In this document: positions 51,723 through 64,000 of the stretch, in pieces
Layout of the letters: each line of letters starts with the position of its first letter
Position numbering within the stretch: position 1 is the stretch's first letter
Origin: Saccostrea echinata
Lineage: Eukaryota
Assembly: GCF_033153115.1 (NCBI RefSeq)
Contig: NW_026889764.1
Coordinates: forward strand, 930,001-994,000
Reading direction: 5' to 3'
DNA: 64,000 nucleotides
Position numbers and translations under genes: made by a program
Notes under the pieces: model-generated
The model's database searches: none
Seen by the model: only the letters and a program-made list of their open reading frames with translations
What the model was told of the DNA's origin: nothing

Positions 51723-53935
51723 ATAATGTTCTGTTTATTAAATATTGTTCAAATGAATACATCTTCGTGATTAGAATGCTCCTAGTTGTGGGTTCCAAAC
51801 TACTAAGAGTATATTATAAGTATGTTAATTACAACACATTGCGACTCTCAAATTAAAATTAATACAATTTTCGGCTTTTTAAATGCTCAGTCTGAATTTT
51901 AAAAAATAAAAATTATTAATTTTACGATTTACGATTTTTGGTAATATTAAATCCTTGACTTTTTCAAAATCACAATATGTTCTTCTCTCACCATATCCAA
52001 CCAACCTAACATCACTTCACAGCTGGGTCAGCTATAGAACCAAGAGTCATCAGAATTCAACCTCCGGAAGAACATTTGTTACAAGAAAGCCAATCAAACG
52101 TTCGGGACACGATTGGCCAGTCAGCCGGAAGTCCCCAGTCTACAGCTGAACACCATCAGTTACAAGACAATGGAACTAACTTTCAAGGTATAACTAATCA
52201 TTATTTCATCTCAATTCTTCGTCTCAGATACAAGACAGTGGAACCTTAAAGGTATAACTAATCAATTCTTCACCTCAGTTACAAGATGGTGGAACGTTCA
52301 AGGTATAACTAATCTTTTTTTATTCAATTCCTTATCAACGAGGAAAAAGCGTAAAAAGTTAAAAAGTAAAACTGTGTAAAAAAAAAAATAATAATAATGT
52401 TCACTGGACTTTGAACAATATTTCATTCAATATATTTCATTCCAAAAAAATGAAGCAGGTGGAGGGATCGTTACACATTTTGTTAATTTTTCTTTTAATG
52501 TTACCATTTTGCAGACTCGGATTTTGCGAGTCTCATAGCAGCGTGTAGAAAGGGAGATGTACAAAGATATAATAAACTGACAACACCACTGGAATTTGAT
52601 AAAGACTTACTGACAATAAAAGATAATATGGGATGGACAGTCCTCCATCATGCTCTATATTGGGGATGCCATGAAATCGTGTAAAGTTTATTGGGATTCA
52701 AAGAGACGGACTTATATCGAAGAGACAATACTGGAAGGATCGTTCTGCACTTGGCTGCAAAAAGAGGGAACACTGAAACTTTTGACGCCATTCTGCAAAA
52801 GGCTTCCAAAACCGATTTAATGCAGATCAAGGACAAAAATGGTCTGATCCGTTCTGTTACGCTGCCCATGCTGGACAGAAAAGTATACTAGAGGACATAA
52901 GAAGAAGGGGATTCGATATTACAAAGGTAACAAAATACGGTGAATCTACTGCACATCTCGCATGTATTGGAGAAAGCTTAGACATTTTGAAGATGGCTTC
53001 GGAAATTGATCAACAGTGTACACAGGAATCAATGAACAATGGACAGGAGAAAGAAGAGGAAATAATCAAGAGAACAAATAAGATGGACTGGAATACCCTC
53101 CAATATGCAGCCAAGTCTGGAAACACAGAAATTTTACAGTTCTTGGACGAGAGACATGTTCTTGTACATAATGTAAACGAAGATCTGAAATCTGCCTAAC
53201 ATTCTGCTTGTGAAAATGGACATCTTGAAGCTGGAGGTATATTGCTCAACATCATCCTGAAAGTATACATACCACAGATAAGACTGGGAGACATGCTGGC
53301 CATTTTGTAGCTAAATGTGGAGATGTAGAAGTTCTGAGATACCTGATCGAGGACTGTAATCTGCAAGCAAATGCACTGTCATCTCAAAATATTAACATTC
53401 TTCATATTGCATGTTCCCATGGAAGACTCCATATTTGTAAATATATAGCAGATAGATATCCAGAGTTAGTCAAACAAGAAAGCAAAAAGGGCTGGAATGC
53501 AGCTTTGTTTATAGGTGAAAAGGGGGGAGCTGATGAAGATAGGATAGACATTTTTGAGTATTTACTGAAAACACATAATCTCTTTGTGTATCATGTCTCT
53601 AGAGCTGGAAAAACTGTTCTGTACAATGCCTGTGTTAATAGGTCGTACATGCTCTGTGAACATCTTCTTAAAAACTATCCAAATCTATTAACTGTCGAAC
53701 GTTCAATGAACCCTCAAAATGCAGCAAAAGATTCAAAGATAATTAATCTAATACAGAAATATTCTACAAGAGAATGACATACCAAACTTCAATTCAGTAA
53801 AAGGAATGTATCAGGCAATTGAATCTATGGGTAAAGGTTACACAGTGAACAATGAAAATATTACTGTGATAGGAAGTATAGATACACTGTGGCTCTGTAT
53901 CTGTTATTTAGATACTAGGATATTTTTTTTCAACA

Positions 53936-54043
53936 TTTTTAGTTCATCTGAGCTGAAAGCCCAAGTGATCTTTTCTGATCTATTTTTTCTGTCGTCCATC
54001 TGTAAAACTTTTTACATTTTCAATTTCTTCATTTTCAAGAACT

Positions 54044-54074
<31 letters not shown>

Positions 54075-54848
54075 AGCATTGCATCCTTGGATGGAGGGGA
54101 TTCAAGTTTGTTTAAATGAAGAGCCTTGTCCTTTTTCAAGAGGAGATAATTTAGAATAAGTGTAAATTTAATGTCATCTTTTAAAAATCTCCTCAAAAAC
54201 CACTGGACCTGAAAAGATGGAACTCGTGTGGAAGCATCCTCAGGTAGTGTAGATTCAAGTTAGTTCAAATCATGACCCCTGGGGGTAGGGTGGAGACACA
54301 ATGTACAATCAAAGTTTTGCATAGGAATATATATAGGAAAAGTCATTATTAATCTTCTTCTCAAGAACAATAAAGCCATCAATAGTCATATTCAGGGTTG
54401 GCCCTAAGACCTGGGGGCCAGGAAATTTTCTTGCCTATAATGATGTAATCCGTCAGTTACTCTGGTATTCCCCCTCAACCCTCTGTTTGGGAGGAGCCTC
54501 AGACCCCCTACTACTTTTTTAATGTCTCCTGCTATTTCAATTCTTTGGGACAACCCTGATATTGATATGGAAGCATCATCAGGTTTATTCAAATCATGAT
54601 CCCTGGAGGTAGATAGAAATATATAGTAGGGAAAAAATCTTCTTCTCAAGAATGGCAAAGGCATGATTTCATGTAGTCATAATAATAAAGTTGTAGATTC
54701 AATTTTTTTTTTCAAATTAGGACTCCCAGGGTAGGGTAGGGCCACAAAAAGTGAACAAAGTTTTACATAGGAATATATGGGGAAAAATCTACTGTTGAAG
54801 AACAGTAGGGCCACATGGAATCAGGTGAGCATTGAGACCCATTGTTGT
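53936..54848 (+). mobile_element. Helentron-associated satellite-bearing element with nested MITE (54393-54558)
   Basis: 5' TTTTTAGTTCATCTGAGCTGAAAGCCCAAGTGATCTTTTCTGATC, 3' TCAGGTGAGC...CCCATTGTTGTT. Nested ATATT|CAGGGTTG...CAACCCTG|ATATT. Confidence 0.78.
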
Positions 54849-55262
54849 TACCTTTTTCGTAAGATTTTTAAAATTATTATTGTTAAATATTTTATTTATT
54901 TTGGAGGGGGGTCATTTTTTTTTGTTGATATTTGAATTTTGAAGTTACTTTTGTTGTGTCTTAATGTACACTTTTTAACATGTAGGCCTAATACTAGTGG
55001 CTTTCATTTAATTATTCAGGTCATGCTCAAGGGGTCCTCAAGAAATTCAGAAAAAATGACCCTACATCTTAAATGAATTTCTCAGTATGTAAAACCACAG
55101 ACCTCAAATCAACAGCTGATAGATTTTAAATAAACAAAAATGAATAATAATACCAATTTTAATTGTCTTTAAATTGCCACAAAAATGAGCAATATTTGCA
55201 ATTTTGCTGTAGGTTAATGTATAATTCAAAGTAAATAATTTTGACAGCTGTTTGTACAACTT

Positions 55263-58200
55263 TCACTTGTTCATGCTACTTTCACTTTGAGCAGTTCCTT
55301 CAGTGTCACTTTCTCCCTCGTCTTCACTGTCATAACTTTCAGTACTGTCATCAGTATCATCATCGCTGTCATTGTCAGCCCGCTTGATACTGACAGCTGT
55401 CAGTGAACTGACCAGTGTCTCTTCTGTGTCATCATTTTTAGTGTCCAGTGCACAAGTTTCAAATGCTACAAGATCAAGTCCAGAGTCTTCCTTTGATATC
55501 TGAATCTGCATAAAAAAATATTAATATTTTACTGTACTTTTGATATGTATTTATGAAAATTTTATGGCTTATATAAAAGGATATTTTATCCTGATTTGTT
55601 TTTTTTTTCTCAATCAGTCTGAAGTAACAAGTCTAAAAAGTTTCTTTAGTATTCGTAAATGTATTTCAAACCTTTTCCAATGTTGATGCCAAGGATCTCA
55701 GTCTTTTATCACTATCAATATAAAGGTAAGGAGATGTATATAGAATAGTTTACCTCCTAGATATCAGAGATAGTAACTCACAATTTTAGATGAAAACTCA
55801 TTATAATACATTAAACAATATGTTATACAAAAGATGTTTTTAAAATACAAAGTACAAAATCAACATTTCTACTCTTCAGTGACATGAACAGACTCAGTGC
55901 ACTTTATACTTGCCAACTTTGTCCCACCCTGGAATGTGAATTGCCAAAGAGTTATCAAAATATCAAATTTTGGATAGACAAGGCTCAACATTTGATAAAC
56001 TCTGTCCCAGTCAATATAGTCAATATCTTAAAAAAAATTATATTTTTCTTCAAACATTAACCCTTATTGACTGCACCCTAGCCTAGATGGCCATACTTTG
56101 AATAAAACTGAGTATTCATTATATGGGAATTTTCATTTATTATTATGACTAACTGTAGTCCATTTTTATGAAGATTTTAAAGATTTTCCTAAATATTTCA
56201 GTGTTAGATTTGATCTTTGTGGCCTCTTCATAGCCCCAGGCACTATGATTTGAGCCAATGTGAATCTGCACAATTCATATTGGTTTTGTGTTTTCTGACC
56301 ACATGGTTCCTGCCAGTGAGAAAATAATTTTTGAATATGCCATCAAATTTTCCCTATTTCTTAATTATCTCCTCTTGGTAAAAGGCAGTGGCTCTTAATT
56401 TGAACAAAGTGGATTCCCCATCACTTAAGGCTGCTTTGTGGCAAGTTTGATTGAAATTACCATAGTTTAAATTTAGTCCAGTGGTATTGGGCAGAAATGC
56501 AACACAAGACAGATAGACAGAAGGACACCAGACACTTTTTGATCAGAAAAGGTCACTTGATCCTTTGGTTCTGGTGAGCTAAAATTAAATATAATTGACA
56601 TACCTCACATTTTGTATCCATACACAATAGTCTGTAATGTATAAATCATTAAGGATGTACCTAGGATAGGAACCATTAAGTATTGTATGTATGTCCAACA
56701 GACACCTCAAAATCTGCTTCTTACCTATAAAAATATTACAGCAAAAATTAGAAAATATACCTGTGTATACAATATGAGCTGAGTGTTTTCCCCCTAATAC
56801 TTAATTCTGTAATCTGTGATTTATAGTTTGCACTCAAAAAATATACTATCCCATCCCCCAAAAGTTGGGGAAAAAAAATTCCTGAAAAAGGATAGTGAAA
56901 CTAAAACTTACCAGTGGTCGTTAAACTGTAAATGTCCTTTGGAACTCAGACTTACCAGAGGTCAGAATACAGTAGACGTCCTTTAGAACTGTTGTTGAGA
57001 GCTGCCAGTGTCTGTAGAGGGGAAAACACAGACTTCGTCTCATGCATGACCTCAAAACCTCCTCTACACTGGTGAAGGTCTTTAAGTACAAAGAGTTGCC
57101 TTTACATTTGTAATCATTGAAAGAACTTTCGAAGTGGGATTTTTTTCAGCCATTCTGGTTAAGACTTCTAAAAATTGTAACAGAACTAAACAGAAAAGTA
57201 TAGGGCCTGTAATTAAGGTTACCAAGTATAACGCTTGGTTTAAATTATCAATATTTAGGCCTTTAAGATCACTGACTTTGACTTTACTTACATCTAACCA
57301 AGAAAGAGTGGCACTTAGTTTGCAGATAGTCCATCCAGATTCCACCTGATTAAAAGAAACAAGAGGACTATGGGCTACAATGTTCAACAAATTCACATTC
57401 TTAATCCTGAAAAATTAGCCTGAAATCAGGCCCTTTATCAAGGCCTAAACTACAGGCAAGTCATAGGGTATAAATTTTACACCATGGTAGGTAAGAATAA
57501 TATTACTGTATTAAACAAATAAATAATAATCTATAATACAGCTCACCCTAGTCCGGAGTTTCAATTTTGAATATAGCCTTTGGATTTGTACATAAGTGTG
57601 GTTAAATTGGCCTAGCTGTTCTTGAGAAGACATGCATCAAAAATGTGAAAAGGTAATTGACAGATGACAAACTTTAAACAAAATTGAAACAGAATTTCAA
57701 TAACAAAAAGGACAATGTAATTAAAACAGTACTAATAATCCCAACTCTTAGTTAAATACTAACACAAGTACAAGTGTACAACACACTGGGTCAGGGTTTG
57801 TACAGCCTAGCAATATTATTTTTGAAGCACTTTTCCAGCAGTTTTTAGGCCATTTTAAAAGATTTCTGAAGTGCTTTTGAACAATACAATCATGCAAATA
57901 AAAACCTGACACAATACATTGGTTGGGAATTTTTTAAATATCTTTACCTCATTTTAACCTCACCTTTATGTTTCATCAACATGTTCTAACTAGTCATGCT
58001 ATAAAAAGGTCAACCAATAAGAATTTTTTCTTTTCTGTCTAGCTTTTATTTATATCTTTCCTTAGGTAGCATCTCAAGATCAAGCACCAAAGGAAAAAAA
58101 TTCAAGCAGTTAACATGAAAATTTAAGCACTTTTCCATGATTTTCTGCTGTTTAAGCATTTTCAAGCACTTTTCCAGGATGGAATAAAAATTCAAGCACT

Positions 58201-61200
58201 TTTCATGGTCTGTACAAACTCTGATGAAGCCCCACTTAAGGAATGTTTTTAAGTTTTGTGTGAGTTATTGGTGTGTAAATCACACAGACTTGTCACATAG
58301 GCATATTTCATGAAGTGCGCTAGCGCTTCATGAAAAATATGCCTACGTGCAAGTCTGTGTGATTTACACACCAATAATTCACACTGAACTTAAAAAACAT
58401 TCCTTATATTTACATTTTACATGTTCAAAAGCACCAAAAGTATTCTAAATGTTTGATTTATTCGCTGCCCTATATCGTTACATTTTTATTAACGTCTCTG
58501 TAGCTCATTGTGACGTCACTTTAGCGCAAGTTTCTCCGTGTATATTTCTACATGTGAGAATACACGAAAATGCATTCAAATCAATTTCACAGTTAGTTTC
58601 GTAGAAAAACATAGCAAATGTAAATATATTAGTATAACATTACTTCATCTTTATTATGAGGCAATTAATACAAGTACTCACATTTTCCTCACCCTCATTG
58701 ATTCGTACATTGTAGGCGTAACCAAAGAGAATGTCAATCAAACCCAAGTACAATGTTGTTACCATGGCATCATCCAATAAATCTTGTGTCATTAAGGTTT
58801 AAAACACATTTCATTCAAAGGAAGCTAGTTCGTACAATATTCCAAGTGAAATGGTTGCATAAATACATGTAGTGACTCATTTTTATTTAATTATGTAAAA
58901 GTTCCTGGTATACCAAATGTTTTTTTTCTTTCCTTCCAAATAAATGTTACAATAGGAAATAATTTTAACAAAAAAATAATTACATATCTAAAAAGATACA
59001 TTCTTTTTTGGGCAAGCTTTTCATCTTTTGCTGTTCTTCATCTGTGAATTCAACTGAAAAAAAAAAACAATAAAAATTATTCACAACCTCATCATTATGT
59101 GAAAATAAGAAACCCAGGGAATGAGAAAAATGTGAAAAGCGTATGGTTGATACAGGTCACATGACTGATAGTATCATTACAGGATTCATAATTAAAAGAA
59201 GATACATGGAGATACTCAGAATTGTGATAAGTATAGAATTCATACTTTTCTTTGCTGTGTCTTTTTTCCCCACCTCAAAACACCACGGAGGCTCGTACTT
59301 CATAATCTGCTGTATGCTCTCGTCATCAAGCAGATCAGCTCTACAATTGATGACAAATTCATTAAAATTACAGTTGTGAGAAAAATACTGTAAAGGGGAG
59401 AAATAACTTGTGGTCCTTTTCCTAAAAATACAGCAGCAAATTCATAAAACTGAGAATAATTTATATGTTGAAGGATATTGTGTACATGCTGAAGACCAAC
59501 TGAGTGTCTGTGCAAATTTGATCGCCAACAACAGCTAGAGAGCTAAAGTCTCAATACAGTAAAACACAAGACAGTAACGTAAAGAAACATAAACAAATGA
59601 ATTAAAATGTACATCAAAGCCCATCTGTTTCTCTTTATGAATTCATTATACACAAAATTAAAAAAAAACATAATGGAAATTAAGTTGAATTACCAAATCT
59701 GTAGATATTTACTTTACACATCACAGCTATCACCATCTGTGCTTTTTTCCCCCCAATTTTCATGTATTGATTTGAATTTTTTTGATAACTTACATGTAAT
59801 GGTCCAGGTCAAACTTTTCTGTTTCTGCATGTTCTCTCATCGTCCGTCTGTCTGTTGGTGAGCAGTTTTCTGGGTCAGGCAAATCTACTATATCATAAAC
59901 TTCATCCTGAAATACATGCAGGAGACTAAATCAAAAATCTGCCAGAATTATTTTTCAAGCAATTGCATGACAGTAATTCACCACATCAACTCTCCTGTGT
60001 ACTTTTTGTTTGTTGTTGTTGTTGTAAAATCATACGAATGGATTACTATACCAACATGTTGATTTTTGTTTTATGTAACATTTGTTAAATCAAACCATAA
60101 GATGCAGATGACATCAAATCAGATAAATTTGATTGAACTGAATGGTTTATTGATAAAAATATTTTTACTGAAATAGTCCCTAGGTGCAATACATGACCCA
60201 TTAAACTTCAAAGCCTAGATGCAGACTTCTTTATTTATGCAACATAATTAATATTCAACACTTAATTGGTAATCTTGTAGTTACACATTTTTTTTTTTTT
60301 TTTGGAAAAACAAACCTGCAATCTTTTAAATACTCCAGACTTCTGATTGGCAAATCCATATTTTGGACCATCCAATGAGAGTTCATTTTCTTTATAAGGC
60401 TTTTGCTCTAGGTACCAATCAAAATCCTCCTCTTTCTCCTCATCAACCTGAGATTTATCTTCCTCTTTGTCGCCTGATTTATAAGATAAAAACAAAATCT
60501 TTTACATTTCTTTTTTTTTAATAAAACAGTAAAACAAATACATGTACGTTGTAATATAAAATTAAAATATATCTACCATTCCCAATGACTTCTATAATGG
60601 GTTTGTTGCTTTTCTGTGTCTTTGGAGTTAGGAGTGAGGTTATCATGTCAAGTCCTTCAAACATTTTTCCTGCTGTTTCTTTAGGTACCTCAATTGTGAA
60701 CACACCTATGATTAATGATAATACTTAATTCATTGTAATTGTTGATATTCTAGACTTGTTAATGTAAATGTACTCAGTGTTACAAAAAGTGGTAAACAAG
60801 TCCCCCTTCTCCTGATGATTAAAAAAGGAAGATGGTTTTATAATCCAACTGATACAAATAAACCAGCAAGCTTTTCAATCATCTTTTCAGTCAGAAATGT
60901 TCTCGAGTATGTTTAGCAACTAGAAAATTGCATCAAGTATGTAAGGTTTATAAGGACATCATTTCATGGGTGAAAATCTTGTTATCAAAGGTTCATCTTT
61001 ATTTCAATATACATTGAAGTATACATTTGAATATACATTGAAGAGGTTTTTTCATGGGTAAGGGTACCCATGAAATCCATGAAAACTGGACTCCATAAAA
61101 TATAATGATTTCACAGCAACACGTCAGATTATGATGTCCAAACCTTTATCTGAGTCATAGTGGGCTTTTTCACGGCCGTTCTCTACAATGTTACCAGGAA

Positions 61201-62029
61201 GGGACAACCTATCAACCAAAAAAAAAGATAATATTGAAAGTTTGTGACAGTACATGTACAAAGAAACCCTAGTAGTTGAACTTCGGTATCTTGAACACGG
61301 ATATCTTAAATACCATAGATATGTCGAAGTGATATTTAAGTCCCAACTACTTATTCTTTAAGTATTTTACCCTGGACATCTCGAAGTTTTTTCTCGGGCC
61401 CATGGAGTTTGAAATATCGAAGTTTGACTGTATTTCACTCACTGGTTAACTAAGGTCAATCATAGTAAAAATTCTTAGAACTACCAGTATAACCAATATG
61501 AAGTCAATTCTCATTATTTCAAACTCAATGGGATGAGGTCAAGAAAAAAAACTTTGAGATGTCTGGGGATCTGAATTAATGAGATTAAAATAGTTGGGAA
61601 GTAGCTGGGACTCCAAGTACATTTTACCACATTAAGGGTATTTGAGATGTTAGAAATACTGAATTTCCACTGTATTTCATTAAATATTGTACATGTATAA
61701 AGAAAAAAATATTTCAAAATTAGAAATCTTTCTACGAAGATATGCCTGCAATGGACTCATATTTGTGAGCATCGATTAAATAAATACAATTATTAAAAAG
61801 AAATATCACTTGACCAAATATTACATTCAGTTTCAAGACTGAAAACTTGATCACCAAATTCAAGTGGAAAACTTGAATAAACATGATAAAACTAGGAAAT
61901 TTTAAATATATGCAACATTAATTAACATTCGTAAAAGAATTCTTAATATTTTGTACTGTACCTTAAAAAGTATGGCTTTGAGTGAAATCTGAATTCATCT
62001 CCTTCAATGAAGATCTCTGTGTCTGTTAC
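55263..62029 (-). CDS. SHQ1: Protein SHQ1 homolog (H/ACA RNP assembly factor); first coding exon outside window
   Basis: Phase-consistent exons 62029-61962, 61208-61144, 60705-60577, 60473-60316, 59906-59794, 59340-59246, 59053-59000, 58782-58682, 57345-57292, 57079-56956, 56724-56604, 55711-55672, 55505-55263. Motifs [103 protein letters not shown] match SHQ1 as I recall it. Confidence 0.95.
55975..56584 (-). mobile_element. Degenerate Helentron-associated element in SHQ1 intron
   Basis: Ends TGATCAGAAAAGGTCACTTGATCCTTTGGTTCTGGTGAGCTAAAA, with decayed satellite units like those in 13646-14278. Confidence 0.7.
57792..58223. mobile_element. MITE in SHQ1 intron
   Basis: TIR CAGGGTTTGTACAG / CTGTACAAACTCTG with repeated internal TTCAAGCACTTTTCCA. 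Confidence 0.65.
58237..58407. repeat. ~170-bp palindromic hairpin in SHQ1 intron (Crypton-like non-autonomous element, tentative)
   Basis: TAAGGAATGTTTTTAAGTT...TATTGGTGTGTAAATCACACAGACTTG...TTCATGAAG.GCGCTAGCGCTTCATGAA...CAAGTCTGTGTGATTTACACACCAATA...AACTTAAAAAACATTCCTTA. Confidence 0.75.
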
Positions 62030-62063
62030 CTGCAATAATCAAGATATTACCACCGATAATAAA

Positions 62064-62688
62064 AAACTAGAGGTACTATGAGCACTGAGCTCACAAATGA
62101 TACACCCCGCTCCCATATGAGTATAATGGCAAAGATCATTTTTTGTTGTGGCCAAATATCTTTCCAATCAAAGCATAAGGTAGGAGGTGCACAATGGCAC
62201 TATGTAATAAAGATTCTGTGAAAGTATTGTTAAATTTTATTCAGTGGTATAGAGGGAGTTTGCGGATAAGAAATGGGTACCCCTGATATTATAGAAAGAA
62301 TGGCAGTGCATGTCCATGTTTTAGTATTGGAGACCTGAACTATGTGTCAAATCAAAAAGTAAAATAGGAGGTGAACAATGGCACTGTGTAATAAAGATTC
62401 TGTGAAAGTATCATTAAATTATATTAAGCGGTATAAGTGGAGTTGCAGATAAGAGATGGGTACCCCAGATTTTATAAAAAGAAACCCAAAATATGTGTCT
62501 GATCAAAAAGTAAATAGGAGGTGCACAATGGCTCTATGTAACAAAGATTTTGTGCAAGTCTCATTGCACTTTACTCAGTAGTGCAAGAGGAGTTGCAGAT
62601 AAGAAATGGGTACCCCCAGGCATAATGGTTGGATAGACACCCCCATCACTATACCCCACCCCCATACTTTTCAAACGGGGATATAATG
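62064..62688 (-). mobile_element. Helitron/Helentron-type element with ~150-185-bp tandem units in SHQ1 intron 1
   Basis: AACTAGAGGTACTATGAGC...GCTCAC end, three units with GGAGGTGCACAATGGC.CT.TGTAA.AAAGATT, CTATACCCC...GGGGATATAA end. Confidence 0.68.
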
Positions 62689-64000
62689 ATTTGTTTGATG
62701 TACTCCAACTGATCCATTAAAATCCCCCCTACCTGATTTTTTTTAAAGGGGGGGGGGGGGGGAGGGCTTTCAGGGAAATACCAATTCTGATTGTCCCAAT
62801 CATTTTTAAAGTTAAGGTTTATCATTTATCTAAGTCATTTAATAAGAAATTGGTTTACCTTTCTGGTTTATAATGAAAACATCAATAAATTTCTAATCCT
62901 GTGATTTTTGTGAAAATTAGCAATATGTTGAATAATTTTAAATAAGCTACCTACCCACCTAGAAAGATGTTGGTCGGAGTACATCAAAGAAAACAAAAAA
63001 AAAAAATTTGATAGGCTTTTTGAGAATCTTACTTATCTGAATTCAATTTTGAATTCCATGCAACAAAAGGATTCCTGAACTTTTAAATTTTCAAAATTGC
63101 ATAAAAATTAAACGTTAGGGTAATTTCCTCACAGTTCCAATATACATGTTTTTCCTTCTTGTTTTCATGTGTGATTATATACTGAGTAATTCTATTTTTT
63201 GTAAACAATGGTATTTGTGACATGTTATTGCGTCCTGTCAAAGTTTAAATGGAAAACTTTGAGTACAAAGCATAAGAATGTTACAAGGTGTGTGTAAGCA
63301 GCACATTGACCTCCCATAAACAATGCAGTCCTTCATTAATTTGGCAACAATTCTGATCTTCCTAGAATAATTATTATTACATGTCTTGCCTCTTACTCTT
63401 AAGGTTATCCAACCAGAGATTTCTACCTTTATAACCTAAGCCTGGTTTGCTCAGGACAAACTGTATATTGACAAAATAAGCATACTTGACAGAAAAATGA
63501 ACTTGAGACCATCTGGAAAATAAATTATGCTAAATAAGCCTCTATTGCAGTACACCATATTACATGTGTATCATTAAAAGTTAATATTTTTTGGCCTCTA
63601 AGGGTACTTTGTAAATTAAGTGAGATCATGCAGTTTTTTTTTTGTTTTTTTTTTATTTTGATAATTTTGATTTAAATTTAGCATAAAATCCAAAAAATTA
63701 CATGAAAATTTACAGTGGTGTGAAATAAAACATATCTAACTTGCTTAGTAGGGATGTGCGATTTTATCAGTATACTGGTATATCATGATTTTTTATTGTG
63801 CGATACGTCTTATGATATGAAGATAAAGTATGTAATTATAAATTCAGGAAATTATTAATTTTTTGTTCAAACTCTTAAACTACAATTACAGGCATTGTGA
63901 AAAATGTTGTAAAAATGTAAAACAATGGCATCCTAGCATCCAAACATGCTTTATTAATATATAAATAAAAATGAAAAAAGTGAAGTTATCTTTTCACTCT

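Larger units (their letters stand above)
45743..53777 (+). pseudogene. TM-ankyrin receptor-like gene copy 3, pseudogene
   Basis: Exons: candidate signal exon 45743-~45835 (donor ambiguous), 46202-46388, 46729-46839, 47118-47183 + 49573-49576 (split by transposon), 51220-51397 (TM, frameshifted), 52023-52187, 52515-53777 (ankyrin). In-frame TAA at 52682 and 53197, frameshifts near 52850 and 53235. Confidence 0.85.

Noticed and set aside
62030-64000. SHQ1 first exon (MLTP.F...)
   Set aside because: Not found. The region holds a Helitron-like element, a small TIR pair (~62690-62992) and a TAGGGATG element start near 63748, so exon 1 probably lies beyond the window.

Overview
AT-rich, repeat-dense eukaryotic genomic DNA with spliced genes and two N-gaps. 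The repeat complement (Helentron/pearl-like elements with ~165-bp satellite units, tRNA-SINEs, Penelope and Gypsy relics) points to a bivalve, most likely an ostreid oyster (inference). The main finding is a head-to-tail array of three paralogous + strand genes that the ORF track shows only as isolated ankyrin ORFs. Splicing the exons by hand gives one architecture: signal peptide, ~125-aa ectodomain with 10 conserved Cys, stalk, single TM helix with basic stop-transfer, and ~11-12 cytoplasmic ankyrin repeats in one terminal exon. Copy 1 is present only as its intact last exon (680-1965). Copy 2 (33091-40439) is complete, but exon 2 has a 1-nt frameshift and an insertion beside an assembly gap. 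Copy 3 (~45743-53777) is a pseudogene with stops, frameshifts and a 2.4-kb TIR transposon in exon 4; that transposon carries seven identical dispersed 15-mers. The array converges on SHQ1 (- strand, 12 coding exons traced, exon 1 outside the window). The 31 kb between copies 1 and 2 is mostly transposon debris, including a Gypsy>SINE>DNA-element nest with an inverted duplication. All calls were made by eye with no database searches, so TE superfamily names rest on terminal/TSD signatures and motif recall.
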